DNA of 64,000 nucleotides from an uncultured Actinomyces sp. (lineage in GTDB: Bacteria > Actinomycetota > Actinomycetes > Actinomycetales > Actinomycetaceae), in the NCBI GenBank assembly GCA_964345125.1, contig CAYFPY010000003.1:5185-69184 (forward strand), written 5' to 3'. The first letter of the stretch is position 1; each line of letters begins with the position of its first letter. A program made the translations under genes and the position numbers. The notes beneath the pieces are model-generated. The model did not search any database. It was not told the origin of the DNA and saw nothing but the letters and a program-made list of their open reading frames with translations. Positions 59,522 to 64,000 of the stretch are shown piece by piece.

Positions 59522-62497
59522 TCAGCGACGACGCGCTCTGCTTCTTCCCTTCTTAGATTTGGCTGCTCGACGCTGAGCCCGGTTCATTCCTTGGGTCGCA
59601 CCCCCACTATCCCGCTGGGGTTCACCGTAAGACACCCTTGCCGGAGATGCCTGGCGCCCCACATCGCCCATTATGCTAGCGGTTCGTGGCTGCTCAGATT
59701 TAGCTGCCGGCTGACCAACATTAGCCTGTGGTGCGGGTTTCTTAGCTTCTTTCGGCGCTGCCTCAGCTTTGAAACTGACGCCAGACTTTTGGGCCAAAGC
59801 AGCAGTCGCAGCCGCGGATGCGGCATTCACGTTTATGCCGGCCGAGCCGATGATGCTCTCCCCACCACTGGCCTCTTCCATTGCTCCTGGAACCGTTTCG
59901 TCCCCCGCCAGCAACTGATCGCGATTCTGTTGCGCCTTCTCGAACTTACCAATGTAGGAGAACAGTTGCTGCACGATTTCTTCCCGCACCCGTTCCATCA
60001 TGGATTGGAACATCATGGCAGCCTCGTCTTTGTACTCAACCAAGGGGTCCCTCTGTCCCATCGCGCGTAGGCCAATGCCTTCCTTCAAATAGTCCATCTC
60101 ATAAAGATGTTCTCGCCACAGGCGGTCCACGGTGGAGATAGTGACGCGCCGCAACAGCTCATCTACAGGTTCTTCCCCTAGCTGCTCCATTGCCACAGAG
60201 TTAGTTTTTAGCTTCTCGATGGCTTCCTCATAAGCAGCCCGCAGGTCACCCAAAAGTTCAAACTCTACAATTTCCCTGTTCAAGGCCGCACGGCCCCCGT
60301 GCGCTTCCTCTAGGTCTTCCACGGTCACAGACACTGGATAGTATCCTCGAAGTTCAACCCACAACTCTTCCAACTCCCAGTCAGTGGGTGACTCCGCCTG
60401 TGTGTGCTGGCCGACGATGCCCGATATTAGCGCCTCCTGGAAGTGCGCGATCTGGTCGGTTAAGTCTTCCCCTTGCATGACGCGAGACCGCTCCTCGTAA
60501 ACCAGCTCACGCTGACCCGTCATAACGTCGTCATACTTCAAGACGTTCTTTCGGATCTCAAAGTTACGCGCCTCAACCTGACTCTGTGCTGATGCAATCG
60601 ACTTGGACACCATCTTTGATTCCAGCGGAGTGTCTTCGGGGTAGGCTCCCGACATCATGATCCTTTGCGCCATGCCCGAATTGAACAAGCGCATGAGGTC
60701 GTCCTCCATGGACAGGTAGAAGCGGGACTCGCCTGGGTCGCCCTGACGTCCAGATCGGCCACGCAACTGGTTATCTATCCGCCGAGAGTCATGACGTTCG
60801 GTTCCCAGAACATACAGGCCCCCTAACTCGGCAACCTCTTCATGTTCTTCAGCTACCGCCAGCCGCGCCTCCTCCAAGGCCTCTGCCCACGCTTCCCGAT
60901 ACGCCTCCGGGTCTTCCTCAGAGCTGAGCCCTCGACTTTCCAAGTTTGCTTGAGCAATGAACTCTGGGTTACCACCCAGCATGATGTCCGTACCACGCCC
61001 GGCCATGTTAGTTGCCACCGTCACCGCACCTTTTCGTCCCGCTAAAGCGACAATCTTGGCTTCCTTCTCATGCTCTTTTGCGTTCAACACCTGGACGGGG
61101 ACACGTTTATCCTTCAACAGACGCGCAACCAGTTCGGAACTCTCCACGGAAGCAGTTCCCACCAGCACCGGCTGACCTTTCTTGTGCCGCTCGGCTACGT
61201 CCTCCACAATGGCATCAAGTTTCCCCCGCAAAGTTGGATAAACCAGGTCTGGTTGATCTATCCGGATCATGTCCCTGTGGGTCGGAATAGGAACCACCCC
61301 CATCCCATACGTGGAAGTAAATTCAGCAGCTTCCGTTTCCGCGGTACCCGTCATGCCCGCACGAGACCCCTCAGGGTAAAGCCTGAAATAGTTCTGCAGG
61401 GTGATGCTCGCCAAAGTCTGGTTTTCCGCCCGGATATCTACTTTTTCTTTAGCTTCGATTGCCTGGTGCATACCGTCGTTGTATCGCCTCCCAGGCAACA
61501 CGCGACCAGTGTGCTCATCAACGATGAGGACTTCGCCATCCTTGACAATGTAATCAATGTTTTTCGTATAGAGCTCTTTCGCGCGAATTGCGTTGTTCAA
61601 GTAGCCGATCAACGGTGTGTTCGCCGCTTCATACAGGTTTTCTACACCCAGCTGATCCTCTACCTTCTCGATCCCCGGTTCGAGAATTCCAATGGTCTTT
61701 TTCTTTTCATCGACTTCGTAATCTTCCCCGGCAGTTAAAAGTCCAGCAATGCGAGAAAACTCCGTGTACCAATGATCCACTTCTCCCGCAGCTGGCCCAG
61801 AGATGATCAGCGGCGTACGGGCTTCGTCAATAAGTATCGAGTCAACTTCGTCAATGATCACAAAATTATGGCCCCGCTGGACCATATCTTCCGGGCGTTG
61901 AGCCATGTTGTCACGCAAATAATCGAAACCTAACTCATTGTTAGTTCCGTAGGTGATGTCGGCCTCGTACATTTTCCTACGCTCTGCAGGCGTTTGTCCC
62001 GCGAGGATACATCCTGTGGTCAAGCCCAGGAAGCTATGCACCCGGCCCATCATTTCAGACTGGTACTCCGCCAAGTAATCGTTGACGGTGACAACGTGGA
62101 CCCCTTTACCTTCCAGGGCACGCAAATAAGAAGGGATGGTAGCGACCAGAGTTTTCCCTTCACCCGTCTTCATTTCTGCAATATTGCCCTTGTGTAGGGC
62201 AATGCCACCCATGATCTGGACGTGGAAGGGACGCAAGCGAAGCACCCTCCACGCTGCTTCCCTCACGGTAGCGGCCGCCTCCACCATGATATCGTCTAGG
62301 GTTTCTCCCTCTCCCAGACGTACCTTGAATTCGTCGGTCTTCGCCTGCAGCTCAGCATCGGAAAGTTGCTTATAATCCTCTTCAAGAGCATCCACTTGAG
62401 AAGCGAGCCTATCCAGCTGTTTAAGCTGTCGCCCCTCCCCTGCTCGAAGGATTCTGTCGATAATGCGCACCAAAGCTCCTAGTATCCTGTTTCCCAC
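59522..62497 (-). CDS. secA: preprotein translocase ATPase SecA
   Basis: Walker [15 protein letters not shown]-like [21 protein letters not shown], and 991 aa with a long low-complexity basic C-terminal tail. Confidence 0.97.
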   Translation of the reverse strand: MGNRILGALVRIIDRILRAGEGRQLKQLDRLASQVDALEEDYKQLSDAELQAKTDEFKVRLGEGETLDDIMVEAAATVREAAWRVLRLRPFHVQIMGGIALHKGNIAEMKTGEGKTLVATIPSYLRALEGKGVHVVTVNDYLAEYQSEMMGRVHSFLGLTTGCILAGQTPAERRKMYEADITYGTNNELGFDYLRDNMAQRPEDMVQRGHNFVIIDEVDSILIDEARTPLIISGPAAGEVDHWYTEFSRIAGLLTAGEDYEVDEKKKTIGILEPGIEKVEDQLGVENLYEAANTPLIGYLNNAIRAKELYTKNIDYIVKDGEVLIVDEHTGRVLPGRRYNDGMHQAIEAKEKVDIRAENQTLASITLQNYFRLYPEGSRAGMTGTAETEAAEFTSTYGMGVVPIPTHRDMIRIDQPDLVYPTLRGKLDAIVEDVAERHKKGQPVLVGTASVESSELVARLLKDKRVPVQVLNAKEHEKEAKIVALAGRKGAVTVATNMAGRGTDIMLGGNPEFIAQANLESRGLSSEEDPEAYREAWAEALEEARLAVAEEHEEVAELGGLYVLGTERHDSRRIDNQLRGRSGRQGDPGESRFYLSMEDDLMRLFNSGMAQRIMMSGAYPEDTPLESKMVSKSIASAQSQVEARNFEIRKNVLKYDDVMTGQRELVYEERSRVMQGEDLTDQIAHFQEALISGIVGQHTQAESPTDWELEELWVELRGYYPVSVTVEDLEEAHGGRAALNREIVEFELLGDLRAAYEEAIEKLKTNSVAMEQLGEEPVDELLRRVTISTVDRLWREHLYEMDYLKEGIGLRAMGQRDPLVEYKDEAAMMFQSMMERVREEIVQQLFSYIGKFEKAQQNRDQLLAGDETVPGAMEEASGGESIIGSAGINVNAASAAATAALAQKSGVSFKAEAAPKEAKKPAPQANVGQPAAKSEQPRTASIMGDVGRQASPARVSYGEPQRDSGGATQGMNRAQRRAAKSKKGRSRARRR

Positions 62498-62628
62498 ATC
62501 GGTTCTAGCTGGATTTGCATATCTGCTGCAGGAACCAGCTGTAGTTCTTTTGCTAGTTTACCGTGAGCATCAAAAAATACTACACAAAAGACAATGCAAT
62601 TCCTCGCCCCACTCAAAGCGTATAAAAG

Positions 62629-62662
62629 CTGGGGAGGGGAACTAACCGGTTCCCCTCCCCAG
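62629..62662 (-). terminator. intrinsic terminator downstream of hpf
   Basis: Perfect 14-bp stem CTGGGGAGGGGAAC-TAACCG-GTTCCCCTCCCCAG, followed on the minus strand by CTTTTATAC. Confidence 0.7.
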
Positions 62663-62695
62663 CCCAAATGCTAATGCGCGCCCTGTCGCTACAGT

Positions 62696-63358
62696 TTATT
62701 CCTGTGCGAGTTCCACTTTCGTGTTAAGACGGAAAACTCCATACGTCCAACCCGTGCGGTGATACGCCACGCAGGGTTGCATCGTATCTTCGTCAATGAA
62801 AAGAAAAAACGGGTGCCCCACCATTTCCATCTGGTAGATCGCCTCATCCACGCTCATGGGTACCGCCTCGTGAACTTTCTGACGAACAACAACCGGGGAA
62901 TCCCCCACCTGTTCCTCCAGCATTTCACCGGGCTGAAGATCCTGTGCGGACCGCAATTTCCAGTCCTCCGCGTCACGCATGTCTTCCGACAGTCCCTCTG
63001 CCACCACATCGGGTGCAGGTTCGCCGGGCCAGGGCGCCTCAATCCGCACCCGCTTATGGTCCTTAGCTTTATCGCGGACCTTGCGAAGCCGAGCGAACAG
63101 TTTGCCACTGGCAATGTCCAATGCAGCGTAACGGTCTGAAGACTCCGCTTCGGCCCTAATTACTGGTCCTTTCCCATAAACGGTAAGTTCAATGCGTTCT
63201 GCACGGTCTGCAAGCCTGGGATTACCTTCGTGCTTGACGACCACATCTACTCGCTGTGCTCGCGGGTAGAACTGCGTAACTTTTTCTAGTTTCGACTCCA
63301 CTGTCGAACGGAAGTTCGGATGAATTTCGGCGTTACGGCCGCTAACTACTATGTCCAT
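62696..63358 (-). CDS. hpf: ribosome hibernation promoting factor (long form)
   Basis: N-terminal S30AE domain (MDIVVSGRNAEIHPNFRSTVESKLEKV), a linker, and the C-terminal dimerisation domain (VVRQKVHEAVPMSVDEAIYQMEMVGHPFFLF). Confidence 0.9.
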   Translation of the reverse strand: MDIVVSGRNAEIHPNFRSTVESKLEKVTQFYPRAQRVDVVVKHEGNPRLADRAERIELTVYGKGPVIRAEAESSDRYAALDIASGKLFARLRKVRDKAKDHKRVRIEAPWPGEPAPDVVAEGLSEDMRDAEDWKLRSAQDLQPGEMLEEQVGDSPVVVRQKVHEAVPMSVDEAIYQMEMVGHPFFLFIDEDTMQPCVAYHRTGWTYGVFRLNTKVELAQE

Positions 63359-63527
63359 GAGGATCCTCCGGAAACCTTAGGATGAATATTCCTGAAATGG
63401 CCAACCACACCAAGCTTTTTGGTCAGCATCACCTCCATTAAGTTACCTCTAATACTACTCGACCTAGACGCTCCAGACGATTCCTCTCCCAGAAATTTGG
63501 ATACAGGAGTAAGTGGCCAAGCTACTT

Positions 63528-64000
63528 TTACGCCTGTGCCAGTGTCGCTGCCCCCAAAACCCGAGGTTCCAACAGTGAAGCCATCTCCTTCAGTGTGGCC
63601 CCAGTGGTCACCACATCATCAACGAGAACGGCCCAAGAACCATTGGGGAGAGGATGAACAAGGCCCATAGCTCCGGATCTACCCGCACTACGTTTCTTCC
63701 TGTCTGCCCCACTTTGACTGCGGGCGCCCCACCTTAGAGTGACCGCAGAACAGACCGGTACCCGCTGACCTAACCAGGCGGTCAGCGCGGTAGCAACTAG
63801 GTCGGCAATCACGGGAACTATCTCCTTGCGTTGTCTCTTTCTTTTATGGGAAGACGGGGCAGGAACCACCGCGAGTGGGGGCAGCGATCTTACCCCGTTC
63901 GCGTTTCCCAGGTCGGAAAAGGACGCCCCCACCCACCGAGCAACTTCGCGGCCCAGTACCCTGCCCGCTTGCTCCAAGAAATGGTTCAGCCCATGCTCAT
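63528..64000 (-). CDS. ComF family phosphoribosyltransferase-like protein; the N-terminal part lies outside the window
   Basis: PRTase motif VLVDDVVTTGATLKE at the C-terminus. The frame is open to the window edge. It sits in the comF-hpf-secA arrangement. Confidence 0.7.
   Translation of the reverse strand, partial: EHGLNHFLEQAGRVLGREVARWVGASFSDLGNANGVRSLPPLAVVPAPSSHKRKRQRKEIVPVIADLVATALTAWLGQRVPVCSAVTLRWGARSQSGADRKKRSAGRSGAMGLVHPLPNGSWAVLVDDVVTTGATLKEMASLLEPRVLGAATLAQA

Noticed and set aside
61070-61738. A 222-aa plus-strand ORF antisense to secA. Similar ORFs lie opposite the CNNM genes (48486-49229), the MFS gene (41713-42216), leuS, kgd and glgB.
   Set aside because: Same reasoning as above. 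They are embedded in unambiguous conserved genes, and they lack motifs and ribosome-binding sites.

Overview
This is a gene-dense, mid-GC chromosomal core segment from an actinobacterium. It encodes a fused Kgd/OdhA-type 2-oxoglutarate dehydrogenase, the GlgE alpha-glucan pathway, endonuclease NucS, a DUF2550 gene next to atpC, a Rho with an N-terminal insertion, and a probable bL37. Gene order follows two conserved actinobacterial blocks. The first is argS ... rho-rpmE-prfA-prmC-tsaC-wecA-atpI-atpBEFHAGDC-DUF2550-nucS ... trx-glgB-glgE. The second is aroA-rsgA ... secA-hpf-comF. The moderate GC suggests Actinomycetaceae or a relative, but that is only a guess. I support about 59 protein genes, 3 tRNAs (Lys-CTT, Leu-TAG, Arg-CCG), 4 hairpin terminators and 1 extended -10 promoter. 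I saw no rRNA, CRISPR array, transposase, integrase or recognisable defence system, so I found no clear novel multi-gene system. The points most worth a second look are these: (1) an unlisted 26-codon ORF that looks like ribosomal protein bL37, sharing a perfect 22-bp bidirectional terminator with kgd; (2) a single-ORF PrmC-TsaC fusion; (3) a homoserine-kinase-like gene with eroded GHMP motifs, coupled to an MFS transporter; (4) a stop-free upstream extension of atpB that encodes a transmembrane helix and has a perfect SD plus CTG; (5) a lineage-specific envelope operon of an acidic Tyr/Glu-repeat membrane protein, a lipoprotein and a Cys-less thioredoxin-TPR protein; (6) a small XRE / CPPWC-protein islet beside tRNA-Arg. 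All homology calls come from motif recognition by eye. No searches were run.
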